Of a stretch of 48,932 nucleotides of DNA, positions 28,209-37,825 are shown piece by piece. The position numbers and the translations under genes were made by a program. The notes beneath the pieces were generated by a model. It made no database searches. It worked only from the letters and a program-made list of their open reading frames with translations, and was not told the origin of the DNA. Each line of letters begins with the position of its first letter. Position 1 is the stretch's first letter. This DNA comes from Chloroflexota bacterium (GTDB lineage: Bacteria; Chloroflexota; Dehalococcoidia; Dehalococcoidales; UBA2162). Where the stretch lies: assembly GCA_016199495.1 (NCBI GenBank), contig JACQGQ010000048.1, positions 1 through 48,932 on the forward strand, given 5' to 3'.

Positions 28209-30332
28209 ATGCCAATTGACCCAGTTTGTAAGATGACCGTAGACGAGAGCACACCGTTTAAGGCGGAATTAGGGGGGCGGATGTACTATTTCTGCGCCCA
28301 GGAGTGTTTGCAGACGTTTCTGAACCCGGAAAAAGAATTGAAGAGTTTGAAACACCGGGTCTCCCTAGTCCTGTCGGGAGTCTTAGTGATAGCGCTCCTG
28401 CGGGTAATCGCGCTTTTCGCTCTAGCGGCAGGAGTGTCCATAGTTACCTGGGCACCTATACCTCAGCTACCGTGGTTCACTTGGGGCTACTGGCTATTCA
28501 TCTTAACTACACCGGTTCAGTTCATCGGTGGATGGAGCTTCTACAAGGGCGCCTACACAGCCCTTAAGGCAAGAGCAACGAACATGGATGTCCTCATCGC
28601 GATGGGGACCACCACTGCCTACCTCTTCAGTTCGGTCGTGCTATTCTTCCCTGGAGTGCTACCTGTAGCTGAAAAGGACGTATACTTCGAGGTATCGGCG
28701 GTCATTATTGCTTTCGTACTCCTCGGTAGATTCATCGAGGACTATATACGGGCACACACTTCATCCGCGGTAAGGAAACTGATGGACCTACGCCCGGATG
28801 TCGCCCGCGTTATCAGGGATGACCAGGAAGTTGAGATACCTGCCGAAAGCGTCATGGTTGACGAAATTGTCGTAGTTAGGCCAGGCGAAAAGATACCAAC
28901 CGATGGCATCGTCACCGAGGGAAGTTCATCCATAGATGAAAAGTTGGTCACCGGAGAGAGCATACCGGTGGAGAAGAAGCCCGGGGATAATGTCATCGGC
29001 GCCACGCTCAATAGAATGGGTAGCTTGAAGTATAAGGCAACTCAGGTTGGAGCGGACACTACACTAATGCAAATCGTGAAGATGGTCGAGGAAGCCCAGG
29101 CATCCACCCTGAATGCACGTATTCAGAGAATGGCCGACCAGATCAGCGCCATTGCCGTGCCGGCGGTTGTCACCGTCGCGATACTATCGTTTCTAGGCTG
29201 GTTTTTGCTCGGGGATGACTTCACCGCCGGGATTCTGGCGTTCGTGGCCGTAATGATCATATCGTGCCCATGCGCCATCGGTATTGCCACTCCTTTATCC
29301 CTGTTCTTCGGCGTTGGCAAAGGTGCTGAAGCCGGTATCCTTATCCGTAGCGGCGAGTACCTGGAACAGGCCCAGAGACTGACTACAGTGGTGTTTGACA
29401 AGACGGGTACCCTCACCAAGGGAGAACCCTCAGTAACAGATATCATCGGCGATAATAAAGACGAAGCCTTGCGGCTAGCCGCTGTAGCCGAGAAGTCTTC
29501 AGAGCATCCGCTTGGTGAGGCAATCGTGCGGGCGGCCAGAGAGAAGGGGATGGTAATAAAGGATACCGAGACATTCGAGGCCATATCTGGCCACGGTATC
29601 ATCGTAAAAGCTGAGGGCAAGGAAGTGCTTGTCGGCAACCGGCGGTTAATGCACACCAATAGCATCATCACAGATAGCCTGGAACAAACCATCCAGGGCT
29701 TTGAGGTCCAAGGCAAGACAGCCATGATAGTGGCTATTGATAAGAAGATAGCTGGTATTATTGCTGTGGCTGACACATTGAAAGACCACTCAACGGAAGC
29801 GGTCACGGAGCTCAAAAAAATGGGCATTGAGACTATCATGCTGACCGGGGACAACGAAAGGACAGCCAACGCGATAGCGAAACTGGTAGGTATTGACAAG
29901 GTCATCGCCAACGTCCTCCCTGGCGGAAAGGTGGACGTCATCAAGAAATTGCAGACCGAGGGCAAGATAGTAGCTATGGTAGGCGATGGCATCAACGACT
30001 CACCGGCGTTAGCACAGTCGAACATCGGCATCGCCGTGGGCAGCGGTTCGGACGTGGCCAAGGAGACCGGCGGTATCATCCTCATTAAGGACGACCTCAG
30101 AGATGTCGCAGCGGGCATCGTGCTGAGCCGAGCAACAATAAGGAAGATAAAGCAAAACTTATTCTGGGCATTGTTCTACAACACGCTGGGCATACCGGTT
30201 GCGGCTTTTGGGCTGCTGAACCCGATAATCGCTGCGCTGGCTATGGCCATGAGCTCTCTTTTTGTGGTCACGAACTCGACGCTACTCAACCGGTTCAAGT
30301 TGGTAAAAACAATTGAATCACAGGTTCCATAA
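28209..30332 (+). CDS. copA: Cu(I)-translocating P1B-type ATPase with N-terminal YHS domain
   Basis: DPVCKM..YFCAQEC, TGES, CPC, DKTGTLT, SEHP, GDGIND, YN and MAMSS TM motifs. Confidence 0.94.
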   Translation: MPIDPVCKMTVDESTPFKAELGGRMYYFCAQECLQTFLNPEKELKSLKHRVSLVLSGVLVIALLRVIALFALAAGVSIVTWAPIPQLPWFTWGYWLFILTTPVQFIGGWSFYKGAYTALKARATNMDVLIAMGTTTAYLFSSVVLFFPGVLPVAEKDVYFEVSAVIIAFVLLGRFIEDYIRAHTSSAVRKLMDLRPDVARVIRDDQEVEIPAESVMVDEIVVVRPGEKIPTDGIVTEGSSSIDEKLVTGESIPVEKKPGDNVIGATLNRMGSLKYKATQVGADTTLMQIVKMVEEAQASTLNARIQRMADQISAIAVPAVVTVAILSFLGWFLLGDDFTAGILAFVAVMIISCPCAIGIATPLSLFFGVGKGAEAGILIRSGEYLEQAQRLTTVVFDKTGTLTKGEPSVTDIIGDNKDEALRLAAVAEKSSEHPLGEAIVRAAREKGMVIKDTETFEAISGHGIIVKAEGKEVLVGNRRLMHTNSIITDSLEQTIQGFEVQGKTAMIVAIDKKIAGIIAVADTLKDHSTEAVTELKKMGIETIMLTGDNERTANAIAKLVGIDKVIANVLPGGKVDVIKKLQTEGKIVAMVGDGINDSPALAQSNIGIAVGSGSDVAKETGGIILIKDDLRDVAAGIVLSRATIRKIKQNLFWALFYNTLGIPVAAFGLLNPIIAALAMAMSSLFVVTNSTLLNRFKLVKTIESQVP

Positions 30333-30352
30333 GTGCGGTCATCTATACCGGT

Positions 30353-30511
30353 ATGTCGCTGGCGGCGTCTGGTCTCTTTCTGGTTGCCACCCTGGCGGGC
30401 GAATATACGCTGGTGGAACGTATCGGTGGTGCCGGCTGGGTGTTCTTGCTGTCAATGATTATCCTGATGCCCATTATTACGCCGCTGGTGAAGAAAAGAC
30501 GTGGCGCCTAG
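30353..30511 (+). CDS. Small 2-TM membrane protein (52 aa), possibly 5'-truncated
   Basis: MSLAASGLFLVATLAGEYTLVERIGGAGWVFLLSMIILMPIITPLVKKRRGA; no clear RBS, and the frame stays open into the copA stop region. Confidence 0.55.
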   Translation: MSLAASGLFLVATLAGEYTLVERIGGAGWVFLLSMIILMPIITPLVKKRRGA

Positions 30512-30669
30512 ACTGTATTTACAGCGTGTTGCGTAATTTCCAGGTTACAGCTTTGATGCTCTGCGCACCATGCCTGACATTTCTCGGCCCATTCTTTCTC
30601 TTCGTAGGCAAAGCCGCATTCTTCACAAATATAGTATGTCTTACCGTCCTTAGCTAGCTTTTTTACCAC
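30508..30669 (-). CDS. Small Cys-rich zinc-finger-like protein (53 aa)
   Basis: MVKKLAKDGKTYYICEECGFAYEEKEWAEKCQAWCAEHQSCNLEITQHAVNTV; GTG start 21 bp after trxB. Confidence 0.75.
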   Translation of the reverse strand: MVKKLAKDGKTYYICEECGFAYEEKEWAEKCQAWCAEHQSCNLEITQHAVNTV

Positions 30670-30690
30670 CTCTTGTCCTACCTATGATGG

Positions 30691-31605
30691 CTATCCGGCC
30701 AGCCGTTGCAGGTAGCGGTGCGCTTGCAGCACTGCCTTCGCCCCTTCACCAGCAGCGACCACTATCTGCTTCTCGGGTACATTAGTTACATCCCCGGCAG
30801 CATAAAGCCCGGGAATAGAAGTTTCGCAAGAACAGTTGATGACGACCTCTCCCCACTGGTTGAGTTCAACGAGCCCCTTTACTAGCTCAGAGTTAGGCAC
30901 CAAGCCGATTTCAATGAAAACCCCGCTCACATTCAGCCGTTTTTCCTTGCCACTCTTCAGATTTTTTATCAGCACCCCTTCAACCAGGTCACGCCCCTCA
31001 ATTTTCTCTGTTTGATATTCAGTAAAAATGCTCAGGTTTTTAGCCTCCCCCAGCTTATCAATCAGAACAGCATCACCGGTTAACGGCGTCAGCGAGACAA
31101 GGTCGATATGCTCAGCAATTTTTACCATGTCCAGTACCGCCTCAAGGGCCGAGTTGCCGCCGCCCACTATCGCCACCTTCTGTCCTGAGAAAACAGGCCC
31201 ATCACAGATGGCACAATAGGTTACTCCCCGCCCGGTGAGTTCCGCCTCCCCGGGCACATTAAGCTGCCTCGGTCTCTTCCCGGTAGCTAAAAGGGCGACC
31301 TTCGCTTGATACTTCTCACCGGTCTCAGTTATCGCCTCAAAGCCCCCTTCAATCTTCTCCAGCCGGGAAATCTTATAACCAATTTTCTGCTCCAGGGGAT
31401 ACTGACTCACCTGAGTTTGAAACTTATCTATCAGTTCCGGGCCCTCGATAAATTGATAGCCCAGGTAGTTCTCAATACCCAGTGTTAGATTCACCTGCCC
31501 GCCGATATCAACGCTAATCAGCAATGCATTGAGCCGCTTACGAGCAGCATAGACACTGGCCGCCAGGCCAGCGGGACCGCCACCTAATATCATCAAATCA
31601 TACAT
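30691..31605 (-). CDS. trxB: Thioredoxin reductase (TrxB/AhpF C-terminal type)
   Basis: GGGPAGL, IENYLG, YCAICDG, GGGNSA, AAGDVT...KQIVVAAGEGAKA. Confidence 0.93.
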   Translation of the reverse strand: MYDLMILGGGPAGLAASVYAARKRLNALLISVDIGGQVNLTLGIENYLGYQFIEGPELIDKFQTQVSQYPLEQKIGYKISRLEKIEGGFEAITETGEKYQAKVALLATGKRPRQLNVPGEAELTGRGVTYCAICDGPVFSGQKVAIVGGGNSALEAVLDMVKIAEHIDLVSLTPLTGDAVLIDKLGEAKNLSIFTEYQTEKIEGRDLVEGVLIKNLKSGKEKRLNVSGVFIEIGLVPNSELVKGLVELNQWGEVVINCSCETSIPGLYAAGDVTNVPEKQIVVAAGEGAKAVLQAHRYLQRLAG

Positions 31606-31653
31606 GACTATCTTCTGACCTGTCAGAACTAACTCATCTGCCAGGCAACCACT

Positions 31654-31905
31654 CTATGAAAGTAGGCCATCTAACGCTTTCTGGTTAAAACCAACCACAA
31701 CCTTATCATCAACAGTAATTACAGGAACTCCCATCTGCTTTGACTTGGCTATCATCTCCTTGGCTTTCTCCCTGTCCTTAGCCACGTCATGCTCAGTATA
31801 GGCAATCCCCTTACGCGAAAGATACTCCTTCGCCCGATGGCACCAGGGTCAGGTGGGGGTAGTATAGATAACCACTGCTTTACCAGCTACTTCTTTGTCA
31901 GTCAC
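31654..31905 (-). CDS. Selenocysteine glutaredoxin-like protein (UPWC), 83 aa
   Basis: GGAGGT RBS and GTG start; MTDKEVAGKAVVIYTTPT-U-PWCHRAKEYL...MGVPVI...VVGFNQ; UGA at 31851-31849, followed by the hairpin GCGAAGGA-GTA-TCTTTCGC. Confidence 0.9.
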
Positions 31906-31938
31906 TCTTTTACCTCCAATACAGACTACGCAAACCGC

Positions 31939-32085
31939 TCATCCATCCGAACGAATATGTTCACCAACCACCGGATTTCCACATACCGCACAACTGGCAA
32001 CCAACATTACGTTACAGTGGGGACATGAACCGGCAACTTCGGATTCATAACCACACTCCGGACAGATATACTTAGTATTTTCCAT
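31939..32085 (-). CDS. Small zinc-ribbon protein (48 aa, three CxxC)
   Basis: MENTKYICPECGYESEVAGSCPHCNVMLVASCAVCGNPVVGEHIRSDG; G-rich RBS. Confidence 0.7.
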   Translation of the reverse strand: MENTKYICPECGYESEVAGSCPHCNVMLVASCAVCGNPVVGEHIRSDG

Positions 32086-32163
32086 CAGCCCCCCCAGGCG
32101 ATTTTTACAGCGCTATCTTATACTCTACACTTGCCTCTGGGGGATGTCAAACTTACCGAGCTG

Positions 32164-32259
32164 AGGTCGTTTAACAGCCTATCCCCCCGCCTGCCAGAGC
32201 CCTGCCCCCTTCCTTTTCAAGGGGAGAGGGATAAAGGGTGAGGGGTTATTAAACAACCT
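32164..32259 (-). repeat. Palindromic repeat, short single-hairpin form, copy 5
   Basis: Outer inverted repeat AGGTCGTTTAA...TTAAACAACCT; the reverse complement matches 46152-46223. Confidence 0.85.
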
Positions 32260-32352
32260 TCCAGGGCTGATAAACAATCTTACCGGGACTTAAAGAGCAC
32301 GGGGTGGGGGGAGGCAAGTGAGAATGAGGAAATATACGGCAGCATCTCTTAC

Positions 32353-33501
32353 TTATCCTCTCCTTACCATCCAGCCGAGATACCGCTTGTCCTTTCCCCA
32401 TTTTCTCAGGATATGGTAGACACCCACCGCCACAATAAAACCGAGAGCCATATTGGCTAACAACGAGACCCCTACGGTCAAAGCCAATATCGGCGTTTCT
32501 CGGAGTCTAATGTTTCTCATAAACTTGGTGAGCTCAATCCCGACCAATAGCAGCATGGCACCGATAATGCTTTGAGGGAAAAGAGAAAAAAGACGGGCAA
32601 TGGAACTCGCCAGAAAAAGCCCAAGGCTTATCTCGATTACCCCTTCAATGATGTTAGTGCCGCCGGTTCTTGCCCCGAAATAGTACTGCCCCGCCAGCCC
32701 CCCGGCTCCGTGACACATAGGCATCCCGCCAAAGAAGGGCACAACGACATTCATAATACCCATGTTTAAGGCAAGTTTCTTCTCCGGCACCGGCTTATCT
32801 GGCCAGTATTCTTTGATGAGGGCGCTGGTAGCTATTACGGCGTTGGTCGCCGTTAGGGCTACTTGAGCGAAACCGGCTAAAACAAGCCCCTGCCATATTT
32901 CGGGCAGGCTGAAGATGGTCAGCGGGGGTAAGGTGAATCCCAATTTAATCGCCCCCGAAAGTTCACCGCGGAAACCAACTATGGCAATACCCAGCACCAT
33001 AAGAAGGATAGCTGCCGGAGCATATCTACTTTTCCGCAGCAGTATCACAATAATTATTGAAACTGCCCCCAGAATCCAGCCGGTAGAGACCATCTTAAAA
33101 CCCTCAATGGCCAGCAATATGCCCAGGGCTACCTGGATGCCGCGCACCACGCTCCCCGGCGTGATGGCAGCTATCTTCTGAATTAGCCCGGTAAAAGCGA
33201 GCACCAGCCAGATTAGGCCGCTGCCGAAGCCGGCAGCGTAAATCAAGGAGGGAGACCATCTCTGGGAAATGGCGACCACAGCCAGCACCTTCTTGGGTTC
33301 AATGGGCATCGGTAGCCGGTAAACGACCCCGGTGACTATATTTGCCAGGCCCATCATCACCAGGAGACCGGCCGGGCTCAAGCCGTTGATGACAAAGTAA
33401 CCGATGGCCAGGGGGAGGAGGGTGCCAAAATCACCCATCGAGCCAGCCAGCTCGTGCAGGTTAAATTCAAAATCTCGGAGGCGCATCCTGACCATCTCCA
33501 C
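32353..33501 (-). CDS. Putative molybdate/sulfate transporter (MOT1 family)
   Basis: ELAGSMGDFGTLLP, YRLPMPIEP, GGMPMCHGAGGLAGQYYFGARTGG. Confidence 0.92.
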   Translation of the reverse strand: MEMVRMRLRDFEFNLHELAGSMGDFGTLLPLAIGYFVINGLSPAGLLVMMGLANIVTGVVYRLPMPIEPKKVLAVVAISQRWSPSLIYAAGFGSGLIWLVLAFTGLIQKIAAITPGSVVRGIQVALGILLAIEGFKMVSTGWILGAVSIIIVILLRKSRYAPAAILLMVLGIAIVGFRGELSGAIKLGFTLPPLTIFSLPEIWQGLVLAGFAQVALTATNAVIATSALIKEYWPDKPVPEKKLALNMGIMNVVVPFFGGMPMCHGAGGLAGQYYFGARTGGTNIIEGVIEISLGLFLASSIARLFSLFPQSIIGAMLLLVGIELTKFMRNIRLRETPILALTVGVSLLANMALGFIVAVGVYHILRKWGKDKRYLGWMVRRG

Positions 33502-33543
33502 GGTTCAGTAGGACAAGGACTATAATAACCCCAAACTATTATC

Positions 33544-33572
33544 TTGACAAATGGCAAAGCTGTCGTTATAAT
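33544..33572 (+). promoter_or_regulatory. Perfect consensus sigma70 promoter
   Basis: TTGACA(33544-33549)-N17-TATAAT(33567-33572). Confidence 0.85.
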
Positions 33573-33603
33573 ACTCCGTAAATAGATGAAGGGGAGGTAC
33601 GCT

Positions 33604-33813
33604 ATGGAACATTTTGTATTATTGTGCGGAGCCGGACAATGTGGCTGTCCTGCCGTGGAAATTACCCAGAATGGGGTCACTATCGGCGAGGGAGACAAGG
33701 TAGTCAAGCTCACCTCGGAGCAATGGAACCTTCTCGTGGATAAGATTAGGTCTGGTGAGCTTACCTCGCTCGAAGAAGTGTCCGTTGAGCAATCCGACGA
33801 ATGCTGCTGTTAG
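33604..33813 (+). CDS. Small Cys-rich hypothetical protein ending in CCC
   Basis: GGAGGT RBS; MEHFVLLCGAGQCGCPAVEI...LTSEQWNLLVDKIRSGEL...DECCC. Confidence 0.78.
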   Translation: MEHFVLLCGAGQCGCPAVEITQNGVTIGEGDKVVKLTSEQWNLLVDKIRSGELTSLEEVSVEQSDECCC

Positions 33814-33821
33814 TTGTCTGA

Positions 33822-34682
33822 CTAACCCGATAAGCCTTTGCGGCAGTGCCCGGTCAGGCTCACTACCCGGTCGATACCGCTCCAGTCTGGTGCCACCTCT
33901 ATCTCAGCCGCGGGGAACAGGCGACGTAAAAGGACAGTTACGGCTCGGCTTTGCCCCTGCCCAATTTCCAGGAGCAGGCTGCCCCCGGTACGGAGCTTGT
34001 CGCCTATCTGACTACATAGCTGGGCTATCTTTTCCAGGCCGTCGGCGCCGCCGTTCAGCGCCAGAGAAGGCTCAAAATTATGCGTATTTACCCGGGATAA
34101 CTCTGCCTCCCTAACGTAAGGGAGATTGGCGACAATGAGGTCAACCGGCTCAGGTAAGGGGGCAAGCATATCGCCTGATAAAAGGCAAATTCTAGCCACT
34201 ACCCCATGTTTTTGGCAGTTCAACCGGGTGACCTTGAGGGCGGCGGCTGAAATATCGGTGGCATAGATTTTAGCCTGTGGCAAGCTGAGCGCCAGGCTGA
34301 TGGCAATGGCACCGCAGCCAGTACCAACCTCGGCGATGGTGAACACAGCCTGCTCTTGAGCCAGTTTGAGGGCTTTTTCTACCAGCAGCTCGCTTTCCGG
34401 CCGGGGGATGAGGACACTAGGGTCAACAGAGAAATCAAGCCCGTAGAACTCCCGCTGCCCCGTTATGTAGGCAATAGGCTCACCGTCAAGGCGGCGCTTA
34501 ATCAATTTCCAGAGTGTTTCGTCCTCTTCAGGACCTAGCTCACGGTCGAGTGCTAGATATAACTGGATACGGTCTATTCTGAGAGCCTGCCTTAATAATA
34601 GCTCTGACTCCAGCGGGGCATCTTCGATATTACTGGCGACCAGAATTGCCCGGGCACGACTCAAGGTCTGTTTTATGGTCAC
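33822..34682 (-). CDS. prmC: Release factor glutamine methyltransferase
   Basis: GEPIAYITG, VLIPRPESE, EVGTGCG, ANLPY; overlaps prfA. Confidence 0.95.
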   Translation of the reverse strand: MTIKQTLSRARAILVASNIEDAPLESELLLRQALRIDRIQLYLALDRELGPEEDETLWKLIKRRLDGEPIAYITGQREFYGLDFSVDPSVLIPRPESELLVEKALKLAQEQAVFTIAEVGTGCGAIAISLALSLPQAKIYATDISAAALKVTRLNCQKHGVVARICLLSGDMLAPLPEPVDLIVANLPYVREAELSRVNTHNFEPSLALNGGADGLEKIAQLCSQIGDKLRTGGSLLLEIGQGQSRAVTVLLRRLFPAAEIEVAPDWSGIDRVVSLTGHCRKGLSG

Positions 34683-35749
34683 GCCAGTTGCTCCTGTAAC
34701 TGTTGCGCCTGGTCATTGGCAGCCAGGGCATCGATAAGCTGGTCGAAGTCTCCCTCCAGGACCCGGTTCAGGTTATGGAGGGTCAGACCAATACGATGGT
34801 CGGTGACGCGGTCCTGGGGGAAATTGTAAGTTCGTATCTTTTCGGCACGGTCACCACTACCGACCTGGGAGCGGCGTTGCCGGGACATTTCCTCTTCTTG
34901 TTTACGCCGTTCTATATCGAGGAGTCGCGCTCGCAGTACCGCCATCGCTCTCGTCTTGTTTTTCAGTTGTGAGCGTTCATCCTGGCAGACGACGACCATA
35001 CCTGTCGGCAGGTAGGTGATACGCACGGCGGTGGCTACCTTATTTACATTCTGTCCGCCGGCACCACCACTGTGGTAAATATCAATTCTCAGGTCATCAG
35101 GATTGACCTCTACCTCCACCTCATCAGCCTCAGGCAGCACCGCTACTGTCGCCGTTGAGGTATGAATCCTACCTGACGACTCGGTAATCGGCACTCGCTG
35201 CACGCGGTGCACCCCACTTTCATATTTGAGCCGGCTGAAAGCGCCTTTACCCTTAATTTCAAATATGATTTCCTTGAAGCCACCGATGCCGCTTTCATTA
35301 GCATTGATAATGTCTGTCCCCCAACCCTTAGATTGAGCATAGCGACTATACATGCGAAAGAGGTCGGCGGCAAACAGCCCGGCTTCATTACCACCAGCCC
35401 CAGCCCGGATTTCCATAATGATGTCTTTTTCATCACTATCATCCTTAGGCAAGAGGGCACGCTTTAGCTCCTCAAACTGATTCTCCAGCTGTGACTCAAG
35501 TTTTTCTATCTCCTGCTTGACCAGCTCGGTCATCTCCTCATCCTGCCTCTCATTCAGTATCGTCTTTGTTTCGGCTAGCGACTTGGAGGTGGCTTTATAT
35601 TCCCGGTATTTCGTGACCACATCTTCAATACCGGCTCTCTCCTGAGCCAGTTTTTGTAGCTGCTTCGGGTCGGAGGTGACCTCAGGCGTAGCGATTTGCT
35701 CTTCCAGCTCCCGGTAGCGCTTATCTATCTGTTCTAATTTATCCCACAT
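34679..35749 (-). CDS. prfA: Peptide chain release factor 1
   Basis: GVHRVQRVPITE (PxT), GAGGQNVNK, EKIRTYNFPQ. Confidence 0.97.
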   Translation of the reverse strand: MWDKLEQIDKRYRELEEQIATPEVTSDPKQLQKLAQERAGIEDVVTKYREYKATSKSLAETKTILNERQDEEMTELVKQEIEKLESQLENQFEELKRALLPKDDSDEKDIIMEIRAGAGGNEAGLFAADLFRMYSRYAQSKGWGTDIINANESGIGGFKEIIFEIKGKGAFSRLKYESGVHRVQRVPITESSGRIHTSTATVAVLPEADEVEVEVNPDDLRIDIYHSGGAGGQNVNKVATAVRITYLPTGMVVVCQDERSQLKNKTRAMAVLRARLLDIERRKQEEEMSRQRRSQVGSGDRAEKIRTYNFPQDRVTDHRIGLTLHNLNRVLEGDFDQLIDALAANDQAQQLQEQLA

Positions 35750-35929
35750 GGTTAATCTCCACTAAAATTATAGCACAGGCACGAGTGGCGCTCAAAGTAT
35801 AGCCTTAAAGATTATCTATTAAGATGATTAAAATGGGCGCTTGCGTCGCCCTCCCTTTATACTATATTATGTCGTGAAATGGGGGATTCGTAAGCGCCCT
35901 GAACAGTCTCTTTTACTGGAGGTGGACAG

Positions 35930-36676
35930 ATGGAAGAACAAACCAGACTACCAAAACTCGCCGTCCTCATAGATGGAGACAATGCTCAAGCGTCCCTTCT
36001 ACCTCAGATTCTTACTGAAGTTACAAAAGCAGGACTAATCACCATCAAGCGAATATATGGTGACTGGACTACTACTAACATGAACCAGTGGAAAGATTCG
36101 CTCCACCAGCATGCAATTCAACCTATGCAGCAGTTCAGGAACACAGTAGGGAAAAATGCCACAGACAGCGCCATGATAATAGATGCCATGGATTTGCTGC
36201 ATAGTAACGACCTGCAGGGATTCTGCATCGTCTCCAGTGACAGCGACTATACTCGGCTAGCGACAAGAATCAGAGAGGATGGACTTTTTGTCATTGGTGT
36301 GGGAGAGAAAAAGACACCAGAGACCTTCGTAAATGCGTGTAATCAGTTCATCTACTCTGAAAACCTTGTGAGTAAACAGACATCAAAAAAGAAGATAGAC
36401 GAGAAGAAAAAAGAAGAGCAGGAAACCGTCGATCCCCTTCCACTCCTCATACAAGGGTTCGAGATGGCTGCAAAAGAGGATGAATGGACCTATTTAGCGA
36501 CGATGGGCAACAGCCTTCGTCAGCTTGATCCGGCATTTGACCCCCGGACCTATGGTCACCAGAAGCTACAATCACTACTCAAGGATTACCCGGAAACATT
36601 TGTGCTTAAGCAAGACAAATCCAAGAAGCCTCCGGTGGTAAACGTAGCGCTTACGCCCCAATACAGTGGAAGCTAA
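35930..36676 (+). CDS. NYN (LabA/DUF88) domain protein with OST-HTH/LOTUS domain
   Basis: LIDGDN, RIYGDW, GKNATD, VSSDSDY, FDPRTYG. Confidence 0.92.
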   Translation: MEEQTRLPKLAVLIDGDNAQASLLPQILTEVTKAGLITIKRIYGDWTTTNMNQWKDSLHQHAIQPMQQFRNTVGKNATDSAMIIDAMDLLHSNDLQGFCIVSSDSDYTRLATRIREDGLFVIGVGEKKTPETFVNACNQFIYSENLVSKQTSKKKIDEKKKEEQETVDPLPLLIQGFEMAAKEDEWTYLATMGNSLRQLDPAFDPRTYGHQKLQSLLKDYPETFVLKQDKSKKPPVVNVALTPQYSGS

Positions 36677-36730
36677 TCCACAGGCGCGCCCCTGAGTATC
36701 TGCGCTAGTAGCGCGCAACCGCTAGGTTGC

Positions 36731-37825
36731 TTATCCCACCGCCTCCCCCGGCCAGATTTTACTCCCCGGTTCCAATTTACAGCCGCTGAGCACGGCTACG
36801 TTATCACCCAGCACCGACCCCAGACAACTACTACTTTCGTTGAGACAACAGTTATCAGCCACGATAGAGTTTTTCAGGGTGACCCGTGGTCCCAGTCGGG
36901 CATTCCGCCAGATAACGGAATCCTCAATGACGCTGTCTTCCAGGATGGTGCTACCATCCCCGATAACCACCGGCCCGATTAACTGCACCCGGCGCCCGAT
37001 AGAGCAGTTGTTGCCGATTATTACCGGCCCCTTTATCTGAGTGGTAGGATGTATGTCCGTGTGCTCGCCAAGGAGCACGCCTTTACCCGGGTTAAGTCCA
37101 TAATGACGGCATTTACCGCTCAGCAGGTCTCGATGTAGCTGGAGGTACTTCTCGGGGGTGCCCATATCCAGCCAGTAGGCGGGAGAAGAATAGGCATACA
37201 TCGCTTCCCCCCGGGCTAAAAGCTGTTGGAATGTTTCTCTTTCAATGCTGACTTCCTGCTGCGGTGGGATTAGCGCCAGGACATCAGGCTCCAGGATATA
37301 AGTGCCGGCATTTATCATATTGGTTCTTCTTTGCAGGACTTCCTCCCGGCCGGGCTTTTCCAGAAAACGGCTAACTCTACCCTCAGCGTCGGTCTTTATT
37401 AAGCCGTAGGCGGTGGGGTCGTCCACGACCGCCAGCGCGATAGTTGCCTTCGCCTTTCTTTCCCGGTGGAAGTCTATCATCGCCGTAATATCCAGGTCGG
37501 TAAAGACGTCGCCATTTAACACCAGAAAGGTATCATCCAGGTAACTGGCGGCATTCTTCACGGCGCCGGCGGTGCCGCGAGGGGTATCTTCCACGACATA
37601 GCTCAGCTTGACCCCGAACTGGCGGCCATCGCCGAGATAACCCTGGATAGGCTGCGCCAGGTGACCTTGAGCCAGGATTATGTCTTTTATCCGGTGACGG
37701 CTGAGATGGCGGATAACGTGTTCCAAAAAAGGTGTATTAAGCACCGGAATTATCGCCTTGGGTATGTTGACAGTCAGGGGCAGCAGTCTGGTTGCTTTGC
37801 CGCCTACCAGGATAACCGCTCTCAT
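36731..37825 (-). CDS. NDP-sugar synthase (mannose-1-phosphate guanylyltransferase-like)
   Basis: LVGGKATRLLPLT..PK, GTAGAV, C-terminal hexapeptide beta-helix. Confidence 0.92.
   Translation of the reverse strand: MRAVILVGGKATRLLPLTVNIPKAIIPVLNTPFLEHVIRHLSRHRIKDIILAQGHLAQPIQGYLGDGRQFGVKLSYVVEDTPRGTAGAVKNAASYLDDTFLVLNGDVFTDLDITAMIDFHRERKAKATIALAVVDDPTAYGLIKTDAEGRVSRFLEKPGREEVLQRRTNMINAGTYILEPDVLALIPPQQEVSIERETFQQLLARGEAMYAYSSPAYWLDMGTPEKYLQLHRDLLSGKCRHYGLNPGKGVLLGEHTDIHPTTQIKGPVIIGNNCSIGRRVQLIGPVVIGDGSTILEDSVIEDSVIWRNARLGPRVTLKNSIVADNCCLNESSSCLGSVLGDNVAVLSGCKLEPGSKIWPGEAVG

Noticed and set aside
29123-30118. 331-aa antisense ORF within copA, and the similar 389-aa ORF at 47486-48655
   Set aside because: Shadow ORFs opposite well-supported genes, with no motifs.
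30313-30657. 114-aa plus-strand ORF after copA
   Set aside because: Better explained by two small convergent ORFs in other frames (30353-30511 plus, 30508-30669 minus).
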